From Methanobacteriaceae archaeon (GTDB lineage: Bacteria; Cyanobacteriota; Vampirovibrionia; Gastranaerophilales; Gastranaerophilaceae), in NCBI GenBank assembly GCA_963602355.1, contig CAVCIU010000002.1, positions 28,223-92,222 on the forward strand: DNA of 64,000 bases, read 5' to 3'. Of the stretch, positions 38,854 through 47,172 are shown in pieces (position 1 is the first letter of the stretch; every line of letters starts with the position of its first letter). The position numbers were made by a program, and so were the translations under genes. The notes below the pieces were generated by a model. That model had not been told where the DNA came from. It was given only the letters and a program-made list of their open reading frames with translations, and did no database searches.

Positions 38854-39975
38854 ATGGGATTAATAGACAAATTAAAGAACATTTCTATTTTAGATAAATA
38901 CCTATTAAAACAAATCATTGAAGTATTTGTTATGGGTGTTTGTATCTTTACGTCTATTATCTTCGCATCAGATACATTCATTACATTGATTAAACAAATT
39001 TCTGAATACGGTATTCCGTTTAATATAGCACTTACAATGATTATCTTAAACTTACCTGCTGTATTTGTTATGACAATCCCTATGGGTATCTTACTTTCAA
39101 CAGTAATGACCTTAAACAGATTATCATTAGCTTCAGAAATCACAGTAATGAGATCTTGCGGTATTGGGTTAAACAGAATTGCAAAACCTATATTTATATT
39201 CTCAATAGTTATGGCACTATTAAGCTTTTACGTAAACGAAACAGTTGTTCCGGCAACAACAAAAGCTTCTAAAAACCTTGCTATTTGGGCATTAGGTCAA
39301 AAGAACATTCCAAATGGAAAACAAAATTTCACCTTCAAAGAATTAAATGATGATTGGGGCATAAAAAGACTTTTCTACGTAGGGTTTGCAGAAAATAAAG
39401 TTTTATACAATATAACAGTTTTAGATTTATCAAAAGAAGATACATTACAAGTTTTACAAGCAAGAACTGGTGCTACATCAACAGAGGGGTGGAATTTTGA
39501 TAAAGGTGCAATTTATACAATCACAGATAAAGGTGATTTATTAAATACAACCTTCTTTGAAAACTCTGTAGCACAATTCGGTGTTGACTTGTCTAAAGAA
39601 ATGGACAAAAACTTAGGTCAAGAAAGAAACTTCTTGCAACTTGTAAAATACTTGGCAACGACAGATATTAAAGACGAAAACTTAAAGCGAAGTTTAGAAA
39701 TTCAATTGTTTGAAAAAATCGCAATGCCTATAACAACTATCGTATTTGTACTAATCGGTGTTCCTCTAGCTATTACTCCACCTAGAGTTAGATATAATAG
39801 AGGTTTCTTATTTAGTATTATGATTTTATTCTTATACTATGTATTAAGAGCTTTATCTGTATCATTTGCCGAATCAGGTACTATTTCTGGATTCTTAGGC
39901 GCATGGCTACCAAACTTTGTACTTACCCTTCTTGGAGTTTGGTTATATTACAAAAAAGTATTTACTATTGAATAA
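38854..39975 (+). CDS. LptF/LptG-family LPS export permease
   Basis: ILDKYLLKQIIEVF N-terminus and six-TM layout with a periplasmic beta-jellyroll insert. Confidence 0.85.
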   Translation: MGLIDKLKNISILDKYLLKQIIEVFVMGVCIFTSIIFASDTFITLIKQISEYGIPFNIALTMIILNLPAVFVMTIPMGILLSTVMTLNRLSLASEITVMRSCGIGLNRIAKPIFIFSIVMALLSFYVNETVVPATTKASKNLAIWALGQKNIPNGKQNFTFKELNDDWGIKRLFYVGFAENKVLYNITVLDLSKEDTLQVLQARTGATSTEGWNFDKGAIYTITDKGDLLNTTFFENSVAQFGVDLSKEMDKNLGQERNFLQLVKYLATTDIKDENLKRSLEIQLFEKIAMPITTIVFVLIGVPLAITPPRVRYNRGFLFSIMILFLYYVLRALSVSFAESGTISGFLGAWLPNFVLTLLGVWLYYKKVFTIE

Positions 39976-40059
39976 CAAAAAAGACAATACAAAAGTATTG
40001 CCTCAAAAAACTTTAAGGGAAATAGTTATAAAATTTTGGGAAATAAATAAATCTTTTTA

Positions 40060-40368
40060 TTACATGTGCATTTCGAACTTACGTGCTGTTTTTGGTTCAG
40101 CTGCATTTAAAATGCTTGATGTCATAATGCTTTCATGTTCAATGCTTTTAATTTGTTTTGATACTTTGCCACTGAATACATCATCATTTGTAGCTAAGTA
40201 TGATTGAATTGCATTTAAGTTGCCAGCTACAGAAGCTTTAACAGATGCAGAAATTTTTTCTAAAGTTGTTTCAGGAACACGAACATTCAAGCCAAATGGT
40301 TTATAAGAAGTTAAACCTTTGTTCTTGAATAAATCGTTATTGAAAATATTGTTTGTTGTTGTTGCCAT
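40060..40368 (-). CDS. hypothetical 102-aa protein behind a sigma-28-type promoter
   Basis: ORF with AAGGAA SD. TAAATATA-N12-GCCGATAT lies 32-59 nt upstream. No family recognised. Confidence 0.6.
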   Translation of the reverse strand: MATTTNNIFNNDLFKNKGLTSYKPFGLNVRVPETTLEKISASVKASVAGNLNAIQSYLATNDDVFSGKVSKQIKSIEHESIMTSSILNAAEPKTARKFEMHM

Positions 40369-40399
40369 TTTTAATATTTCCTTATCCCTTACAAATTAT

Positions 40400-40427
40400 A
40401 TATCGGCACATCTACATGATATATTTA
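40400..40427 (-). promoter_or_regulatory. sigma-28 (FliA)-type promoter
   Basis: On the minus strand: TAAATATA (40427-40420), 12 nt, GCCGATAT (40407-40400). Consensus is TAAA-N15/16-GCCGATA[AT]. Confidence 0.55.
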
Positions 40428-40486
40428 ATGATTTAGGGGAATTTTCATAAAAAGTTTACATTTATTTACAAAAAAAATCAAGAGGT

Positions 40487-42109
40487 TTATTTCTTCTCAA
40501 AAATATAAGCTCTGAAATTATCATTTGAAAAGGCTTTTGGGAAATATTCATCTTTTATAAAATTACAAACATCGAAACCATAATCTAAACATATACTCTT
40601 AAAGTAGTAGCTACCTGTTGGAATATTATGCAAAATTATGAACTTTGGTATATCATTTTTCAAATTTTTGATTAGCCTGTCTTCGCCAAATGTTTCTACA
40701 TATAAAGGTAAATATGAGTTGTAATAGTCATCACTTCTTCTGTTTGTTAGATAGTTAAAGAACAAACCTTCAGGCAAAATTAAAATTTTGTCATGCTCAT
40801 TTGTCTTCTCATTTATAAATTTAATTATATTGTCTGAAGTTTCGCCATAAACTTTTTCAACATAATATGTTCCTTTTTCAGTTTTTACTGGGAACGAATA
40901 ATATTTTCTTTCACTTAGATTGAAATGAAAGAAGAATATTGATAACAATACCAAATATATAGTTACGTACTTTTGATAATCCTTTTTTACAAAATTTATC
41001 AAGGCAATTAATAACATTGGAATAAAATATACACCATACGAATTTAACCCTGCTGACCAAAAGACTTTTAAAGAACACAAGAGAACAGAAAAGTTTAAAA
41101 TTTTTAACTCGAATGATAAATTTTTGTAGAATATACAAGTAAAAATAAACAATAATAAAGGTAAAAATACAAAGGTTTCTAAACCGGCAACATTAAAAAC
41201 TATAATAACCGCTAAACCACACAGAAGTACTGATAATACCTTATTTTTAGAAAAAGTTCTTATACCATAATAAATTAAAAGCAATGGAGTTAAAGTAATT
41301 AAAAAGTTTTTAATTAAAATACCCAAAGTTTGTTTTTTAAAAACTAGACCTGAAATTGTGTAAAAGTAATTCAATGTAACAGTTTGAGACATTGCATAAA
41401 TATCTTTTAAATTATTAATAAAATCATGAATCGATAAACCTTGATAAAACAAATATCCAAAAGTTATACAAGGTGCAATCGCAAAAGATATTACTGCAAA
41501 TAGAATTTGTTTGATAGGAATTTTATTTTTGAAAATTAAATAGATAAAAATCAAACAATATGGAATAAATTCATATTTATTAGAAATCGCTAAACCTGCA
41601 AAAAATGTACTTAAAGCTAACAGAGTTGAAGTATTTTTTCTAACATATAAAATCAAAAAATATAAAGAAATAAGACAGGCCAGCAAGCCATAAATCATTG
41701 CAAATGCATAAGGGAAGCTGTAATTAAATATATAAAAAGAAAAACACCCTAATACAATTGCTAGAGCAGTAATTGAAGTTGATAAAAATTTATCAAAAAA
41801 CAATCTCGAAAATAAGAATACAAAACTAATTATACAAGTTGCCGTAAAAACTCCAGAAATAAATAAAATATTTAGATTAAACCCAAAAATTTTAAACAAA
41901 AATGCATTGTACAAATATGCAAAAGGACCATAAATATTAAACAAATCTTTGTATAAAACAGCGCCTTCTAAAATTCTTTTTGGATAATAAACTTCTCTAC
42001 CGCAATCAATTATAATATTTCCTTGATGAGCATAGGATAGTCCAAAAACCAATATTAGCAAAAAAAATAATGGTAAAACATATTTAAGATTTGAATAAAA
42101 ATTTTTCAT
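40487..42109 (-). CDS. polytopic membrane protein, GT-C-like (possible glycosyltransferase)
   Basis: 540 aa, at least 12 TM helices, first loop IIDCGREVYYPKRILEG, soluble C-terminal domain. Confidence 0.45.
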   Translation of the reverse strand: MKNFYSNLKYVLPLFFLLILVFGLSYAHQGNIIIDCGREVYYPKRILEGAVLYKDLFNIYGPFAYLYNAFLFKIFGFNLNILFISGVFTATCIISFVFLFSRLFFDKFLSTSITALAIVLGCFSFYIFNYSFPYAFAMIYGLLACLISLYFLILYVRKNTSTLLALSTFFAGLAISNKYEFIPYCLIFIYLIFKNKIPIKQILFAVISFAIAPCITFGYLFYQGLSIHDFINNLKDIYAMSQTVTLNYFYTISGLVFKKQTLGILIKNFLITLTPLLLIYYGIRTFSKNKVLSVLLCGLAVIIVFNVAGLETFVFLPLLLFIFTCIFYKNLSFELKILNFSVLLCSLKVFWSAGLNSYGVYFIPMLLIALINFVKKDYQKYVTIYLVLLSIFFFHFNLSERKYYSFPVKTEKGTYYVEKVYGETSDNIIKFINEKTNEHDKILILPEGLFFNYLTNRRSDDYYNSYLPLYVETFGEDRLIKNLKNDIPKFIILHNIPTGSYYFKSICLDYGFDVCNFIKDEYFPKAFSNDNFRAYIFEKK

Positions 42110-42201
42110 ATATTAATAGAATTTAACAAAAAGGATTAAAAAAGGCAATTAATTCTAAAAAAAATACTTTATAAAAGAGTGTAGTTTAGGAGTAAGGTTA
42201 A

Positions 42202-42585
42202 ATGCAAGATTTAAGTTATTTAGCAACAGGTGGTGTTTTAAATTTTGACCCAAATGCATACTTAAATTCACCAGTAATTGGTACACCAAATCCTTATGGA
42301 CAAATTGGTTTGTTACCTAGTGGTACAAAATTGCAAAACCAACCTGCTAAAGACGGTTTTGTTTCTAAAAACAAAGAAACAATCAAAAAAGTTGCAGCTG
42401 GAGTAATTTTAACAGGCTTAGCAGCTTTCGGTATCTACAAATGCAAAAATGGAGCTTCAAAATTAACAGAAGCATTATCTAACACAAAGGCTGATGTTGC
42501 TAAAGGCGCTAGTGAAGCTCTTAGCAATGGCAAAGACTTTTTAAGCAAATGCGTAGATAAAGTAACAAAATTTTTCAAAAAATAA
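42202..42585 (+). CDS. hypothetical single-pass membrane protein carrying the shared leader-like motif
   Basis: 127 aa, SD AGGAG, motif LQNQPAKDGFVSKNKE followed by a TM helix (VAAGVILTGLAAFGIY). Confidence 0.6.
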   Translation: MQDLSYLATGGVLNFDPNAYLNSPVIGTPNPYGQIGLLPSGTKLQNQPAKDGFVSKNKETIKKVAAGVILTGLAAFGIYKCKNGASKLTEALSNTKADVAKGASEALSNGKDFLSKCVDKVTKFFKK

Positions 42586-42624
42586 TTAAAATTTAACCAA
42601 ATAACTAAACCAAAAACCAATCTT

Positions 42625-42657
42625 AGAGGTATTATTTTATAATACCTCTTTTATTTT
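42625..42657. terminator. hairpin terminator between convergent genes
   Basis: agaggtattat-ttt-ataatacctct followed by TTTATTTT. Confidence 0.65.
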
Positions 42658-43030
42658 AATCTTTTTTTATATTTATGTATTTGTTAAGTGTTTCGACAAA
42701 GCCATGAATGCCACTTTTATCCTTTAAACTTATGTCAGAATAATAATGGGCATAGTTTTCTAAAATATTTGAAGGTAAATCTGCACCTGTCGCAAGAGTG
42801 TTTGCAATAAATTCAAGATAATCATCTTGTTCATCTCTGTACAACAAATCTCTTCGTCTCAAGTCTTCATCAGCCTCTCTATGCACAAGAGCATGATACG
42901 CAGCTTGAATAGATTTATCAGTATGATAATCTTCTGGAAAATGCAAAATTGCTTCCCTTGAAGAAAGTTTATCTGTTAAAACCTTAATAATTAAACGACT
43001 AACGAAAGCTCTGTCTTCTTGAAGAGACAT
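42656..43030 (-). CDS. hypothetical acidic protein co-transcribed with dut
   Basis: 124-aa ORF starting 3 nt after the dut stop; no motif recognised. Confidence 0.6.
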   Translation of the reverse strand: MSLQEDRAFVSRLIIKVLTDKLSSREAILHFPEDYHTDKSIQAAYHALVHREADEDLRRRDLLYRDEQDDYLEFIANTLATGADLPSNILENYAHYYSDISLKDKSGIHGFVETLNKYINIKKD

Positions 43031-43032
43031 GA

Positions 43033-43470
43033 CTAAGCCTTTCCAGTTGAACCAAAACCACCTTCACCACGAGCAGTATCAGATAGTTCTGTTACAACTT
43101 CAATTTCTGCTTGTTCGTATCTAGCAATAACCATTTGCGCAATTCTTTCATTTGGTTGAATTGTATATTCTTCATTTGAAAGATTTACAATAGGGATTAA
43201 AAGTTCGCCACGATAGTCTTCATCAATTGTACCAACACAGTTGATTAAAGTTATACCGTGTTTAATTGATAAACCTGAACGTGGTCTAACTTGAGCTTCA
43301 TAACCGTGTTCAAGTTCAATTTTTAAACCTGTTGGAATAAGTTTACGTTCAAGAGGTTTTAATACAATTGGCTCAGAAATTGCAGCGCACAAATCCATGC
43401 CAGAAGCACCAGCTGTTTTATATTCTGGTAAAATTTCGTTATGTGGTAATCTTTCTATCTTTAATTTCAT
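43033..43470 (-). CDS. dut: dUTP diphosphatase
   Basis: AGASGMDL, RPRSGL, GTIDEDYRGE, RGEGGFGSTG. Start is ATG 43470 (MKLKIERL); the ORF-track start is 43488. Confidence 0.93.
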   Translation of the reverse strand: MKLKIERLPHNEILPEYKTAGASGMDLCAAISEPIVLKPLERKLIPTGLKIELEHGYEAQVRPRSGLSIKHGITLINCVGTIDEDYRGELLIPIVNLSNEEYTIQPNERIAQMVIARYEQAEIEVVTELSDTARGEGGFGSTGKA

Positions 43471-43500
43471 AACTTTATTGTACCACAAGGATAGAAGATT

Positions 43501-45096
43501 TTACTCTTCTTCGTGAAAAATTATTGTGTCGCCGAGTTGAAGAATAGTATCACCATTTGGAACGAAAGAATTATTTTTTCTTTTCACAAGCGCTATTAAG
43601 AAATTTTCTGGATAATCAATATCTCGTATTTTTTTATTCAGCCAATCGTGGTTAGAATCTATATATGTTTCATATAGAATAATTTCGTTATCCAACTCTT
43701 TAACAGTTGTACCTACAACGACTTCATCACCTGCTTCAATTACGGTTCCACCTTTTGGTAGAATTCTTTTAACATCACGCTGAATATATAAAATTAACGC
43801 ACCTTCTTCAAGGTTCATATCTTTAACCATTGCATTGCACCAAAGATGAGATTCGTTTACAGTGAATTTATTTAGAGCAATTGAAGCCTCTTGTTGATAA
43901 TCGTTAAATGTCTTTCTAACATCAGCAAATTTATCAATCATATCGTGTCTTTTAGCAATTAGAGGTAACAGCGAACCTTGAATTGCAACAGATAAAAACG
44001 AAACTACAAATACGATATGAAATAAATCATATTTGAGAGAATCACTCTGAGCAACAACTAAAAGCGCAAATACAATTGAGGCAGCACCTCTTAAACCAGC
44101 CCATGACATAAAATATAATTGATTAAATTTTGCTTTAAACGGTAACATTATTATCCCTAATGCTAATGGTCTTGCGACAAAAGATAAGAAAATTGTTATT
44201 AATAAAGCAGGAATAATAATTTCTGGAACCTTGTGAGGGAACGATAAAAACCCGATTAAAAAGAAGATTAAAACTTGGCATAATGCAGTTATACCATCAA
44301 AAAAGTGAATCATTCTAATCTTATTTTTAATACGACTATTACCAATAATAATACCCGCAATATAAACGCTTAAATATCCATTTCCGCCAATAAGTTCAGG
44401 AACAGCAAACGCAGCTAAAGCAGTTGCAACAATAAAGATAGAATCTGTACCTTCTACCAAAATTCTTGTTTTTCTAAAAATATAAACTGCAAAAAGCGCA
44501 ATTAAAACACCTAACGAAATTCCATAGAATAATTGCTTAAATAACATTGGAGTAATTGTAGAGATTTCGCCACCTTTTAACAAAACAAGCCCTAACATCG
44601 TTAACATATATGCAAAAGGGTCGTTGCTACCACTTTCCATTTCAAGAATTGGAGCAGTATTGTATTTTAGATTAAGACTCTTTGAGCGCAATATTGAAAA
44701 TACTGATGCAGCATCGGTTGAACTAATAATTGCACCAATCAAAAAGCTTTCCGCAAAAGACATTTTTATTGCATAAAAGCAAAAAAGTGCACAAAATAAA
44801 GCCGTGAAAATTGTACCAAATGAAGATAACAAAATAGCTTGTAGTGTTACTTTTTTATTTTCAGGTTTTTTAGTACAAAATCCGCCATAAAAAATTATAA
44901 ATATTAACCCAATAGAGCAAAGTTTTGAGGTTAAATCATAATCATCAAAATGAAGTTTAAAAATCCCATCACAACCAAATAACATTCCTAAAAACATAAA
45001 GAAAACAAGGACAGGAAGCCCTATTTTACTAGAAAATTTATTAGTTAATATACACGAAAATATTACTATTGCTGTAAAAAGAATTATCGAGACCAT
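43501..45096 (-). CDS. K+(Na+)/H+ antiporter of the CPA1 NhaP2/CvrA type with C-terminal TrkA-C domains
   Basis: Cation/H+ exchanger core (ESGSNDPFAY, WAGLRGAASIV) plus two C-terminal RCK_C-like segments. Confidence 0.88.
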   Translation of the reverse strand: MVSIILFTAIVIFSCILTNKFSSKIGLPVLVFFMFLGMLFGCDGIFKLHFDDYDLTSKLCSIGLIFIIFYGGFCTKKPENKKVTLQAILLSSFGTIFTALFCALFCFYAIKMSFAESFLIGAIISSTDAASVFSILRSKSLNLKYNTAPILEMESGSNDPFAYMLTMLGLVLLKGGEISTITPMLFKQLFYGISLGVLIALFAVYIFRKTRILVEGTDSIFIVATALAAFAVPELIGGNGYLSVYIAGIIIGNSRIKNKIRMIHFFDGITALCQVLIFFLIGFLSFPHKVPEIIIPALLITIFLSFVARPLALGIIMLPFKAKFNQLYFMSWAGLRGAASIVFALLVVAQSDSLKYDLFHIVFVVSFLSVAIQGSLLPLIAKRHDMIDKFADVRKTFNDYQQEASIALNKFTVNESHLWCNAMVKDMNLEEGALILYIQRDVKRILPKGGTVIEAGDEVVVGTTVKELDNEIILYETYIDSNHDWLNKKIRDIDYPENFLIALVKRKNNSFVPNGDTILQLGDTIIFHEEE

Positions 45097-45160
45097 GAAA
45101 ACCTCCGTTTTACAAGGGTAACATATAATTCAAATTCTGGCAAGAGAGATTATATAAAGT

Positions 45161-45195
45161 AAAGAGGCGGATTGAAAATTTCAATCCGCCTCTTT
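45161..45195 (-). terminator. terminator of the 88-aa gene
   Basis: aaagaggcggattga-aaatt-tcaatccgcctcttt. Confidence 0.65.
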
Positions 45196-45211
45196 AAAAA
45201 CTTTTTTCTAA

Positions 45212-45478
45212 TTAAGCAAATGTATCAAAACCTTCTGCTTTTTTAGTTTTTGCTCTGTGATTTTTTTCAAAAGCATCTGCCATTTGGATTAGCATTTTAT
45301 TTTGTAATTGTTGCATACTCATTTGCTTGTCCATTCTGTGAAGAGATTCCATGTTAGAATTTGGACCAATAGCACTAATTGCATTAATTCTAGCTTGGTT
45401 ACCCATCATCATATTATATTGTGCATCGTGTCTCATTGCTGTTGCTTGCATTAGACCTAATGTATTAATTAATGACAT
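45212..45478 (-). CDS. hypothetical 88-aa helical protein, mini-paralog of the 396-aa protein at 61038-62228
   Basis: Shares N-terminal GL..NQAR..R.HD elements and the extreme C-terminal AEGFDTFA (versus AERGFSLFG). Has its own SD and terminator. Confidence 0.6.
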   Translation of the reverse strand: MSLINTLGLMQATAMRHDAQYNMMMGNQARINAISAIGPNSNMESLHRMDKQMSMQQLQNKMLIQMADAFEKNHRAKTKKAEGFDTFA

Positions 45479-45648
45479 TCTTACCTACTTTCCACAAACA
45501 TTATAACTTATAAATATCAATTTGTGAAGTGGTATAAATAGCTTATTTTAATAAATCATTACAATTAAATTATTTTACTTTTTATGTTATCATCATTACA
45601 TTATGAGCAAACTTTATAACTAATATCATAAATAAAAAGGATAAAAAT

Positions 45649-46677
45649 ATGTTTGAAAATTTCTTTAAAAATTATATCTCAGCAAAAAATATAGTATTTC
45701 TAATACTTTCAATATTATTCATAATATTCATTTTCAAAAATTCTGATATAGCGATAATGTTTTTTGCATCATACGTTCTAGCGTGTTCACTTAACCCGTT
45801 TGTAAACACACTTGTAGAAAAGAAAAAAATACACAGAAACATTGCAGCAGCAATTGTTTTGGGTTGTGGATTATTAATCGTATTTTTATTCTTAATACCA
45901 ACAATAATTATGGCAGGTAGTGAAGTTAAAACTTTTGCAACTTCTTTCCCTAGATATATAGGAAACTTTGACGAGTTCTTACAAAATTTACCATTTTTCA
46001 ATTTAAGTCTTAAAGATGTAGAAATAACATCAGTTCTTTCTTCACTTTCGGAATCATCTCAAGCAATATTAAACAACGTTATGGATATGGGTAAAGAAAT
46101 AAGCTCTGCATTTATTTACTTGGTAATTTCAATAATGGTAATCTACTATTTCATGGCAGATAAGGACATTATCAAAGAAACATATCTAAAATCTTTCCCA
46201 ACACAAATGAGAAAGAAAGCTAAAAATATAATAGACATTATTTCTCAAAAAGTTGGTGGTTATATCTTCGCTCAACTAGTAACAATTGCAAGTGTAGGGA
46301 TTGTAATGGCAGTCGGCTTATCAATCATGAGAATTGATTACGCATTATTATTAGCCTTAATCACAACAGTCTTAGATTTAATCCCTGTTGTAGGGCCAAC
46401 AATTGCACTTATAATTTGTATAATCGCAACATCACAAGCAGGTGTTGGCGCAGTAGTTACAGTTTTGGTTGTATTTGCAATAGCTCAACTTGTCGAAAAC
46501 AATTTTGTTAGACCTTTCGTATTCGGTAAATTCTTAAACCTTCACCCATTATTAATTTATTTATTCTTATTTATAATGGCAAAATATGCTGGCATCGTCG
46601 GTGTTGTATTTGCACCAGCCGTTGCAGCTACAGTTTGTGTTTTATACGAAGAACTTTACATGAAAAACTTGAACTAA
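45649..46677 (+). CDS. AI-2E family transporter (PerM/YhhT-like)
   Basis: Eight-TM layout with LDLIPVVGPTIA and ENNFVRPFVFG blocks. Confidence 0.88.
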   Translation: MFENFFKNYISAKNIVFLILSILFIIFIFKNSDIAIMFFASYVLACSLNPFVNTLVEKKKIHRNIAAAIVLGCGLLIVFLFLIPTIIMAGSEVKTFATSFPRYIGNFDEFLQNLPFFNLSLKDVEITSVLSSLSESSQAILNNVMDMGKEISSAFIYLVISIMVIYYFMADKDIIKETYLKSFPTQMRKKAKNIIDIISQKVGGYIFAQLVTIASVGIVMAVGLSIMRIDYALLLALITTVLDLIPVVGPTIALIICIIATSQAGVGAVVTVLVVFAIAQLVENNFVRPFVFGKFLNLHPLLIYLFLFIMAKYAGIVGVVFAPAVAATVCVLYEELYMKNLN

Positions 46678-46680
46678 AAG

Positions 46681-47034
46681 CTATTTTTTCTTTTTAGCTT
46701 TTTTAGCCTCGTCCTCGACTTTGTTGATATGATTAGCAACGTCTTCTACTGTCATACCCATAGCTTTGTCATAATCTAATTTATAACCTTTTAAAAGCTT
46801 TTTCATTTCGTCAGTAGAGATATTTCCGTCGCCGTTCAAATCTAACTTTTGCATTGCCTTATCAGATAAATCTTTTGTAACAAGAGGTTTTGCAAATATT
46901 GAAACGGAACCTTTTGCCAAACTATTAAACTCTTCTTTATTAATACCTTTGCCGTCTTTATCATACTTATTTATAAGTTCTGAGACGGTCATTTTCAAAG
47001 TTTTATTATTTATAAAAGAAGAGTATTTTACCAT
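46681..47034 (-). CDS. EF-hand pair calcium-binding protein
   Basis: YDKDGKGINKEEF and LDLNGDGNISTDEMKKLL Ca-binding loops. Confidence 0.7.
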   Translation of the reverse strand: MVKYSSFINNKTLKMTVSELINKYDKDGKGINKEEFNSLAKGSVSIFAKPLVTKDLSDKAMQKLDLNGDGNISTDEMKKLLKGYKLDYDKAMGMTVEDVANHINKVEDEAKKAKKKK

Positions 47035-47123
47035 GTTTAATCCTTAATTACCTATATAATATTAAAAAATTCAAAAATTAAAAAAAATTGTGTAAAAAAA
47101 ATATCTTTGTAACATAAATAAAC

Positions 47124-47157
47124 AAAAAGAGAGATGAAATTATCACCTCTCTTTTTA
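47124..47157 (-). terminator. probable terminator of the 1369-aa gene
   Basis: aaaaagagag-atgaaattatcac-ctctcttttt, 16 nt after the stop. Confidence 0.5.
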
Positions 47158-47172
47158 ATGAATTTATAGTTC

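Noticed and set aside
39917-40207. 96-aa plus-strand ORF overlapping the lptF/G 3' end and the 102-aa minus-strand gene.
   Set aside because: The minus-strand ORF has an SD and a sigma-28-type promoter. The plus-strand ORF starts inside lptF/G and has no signals.
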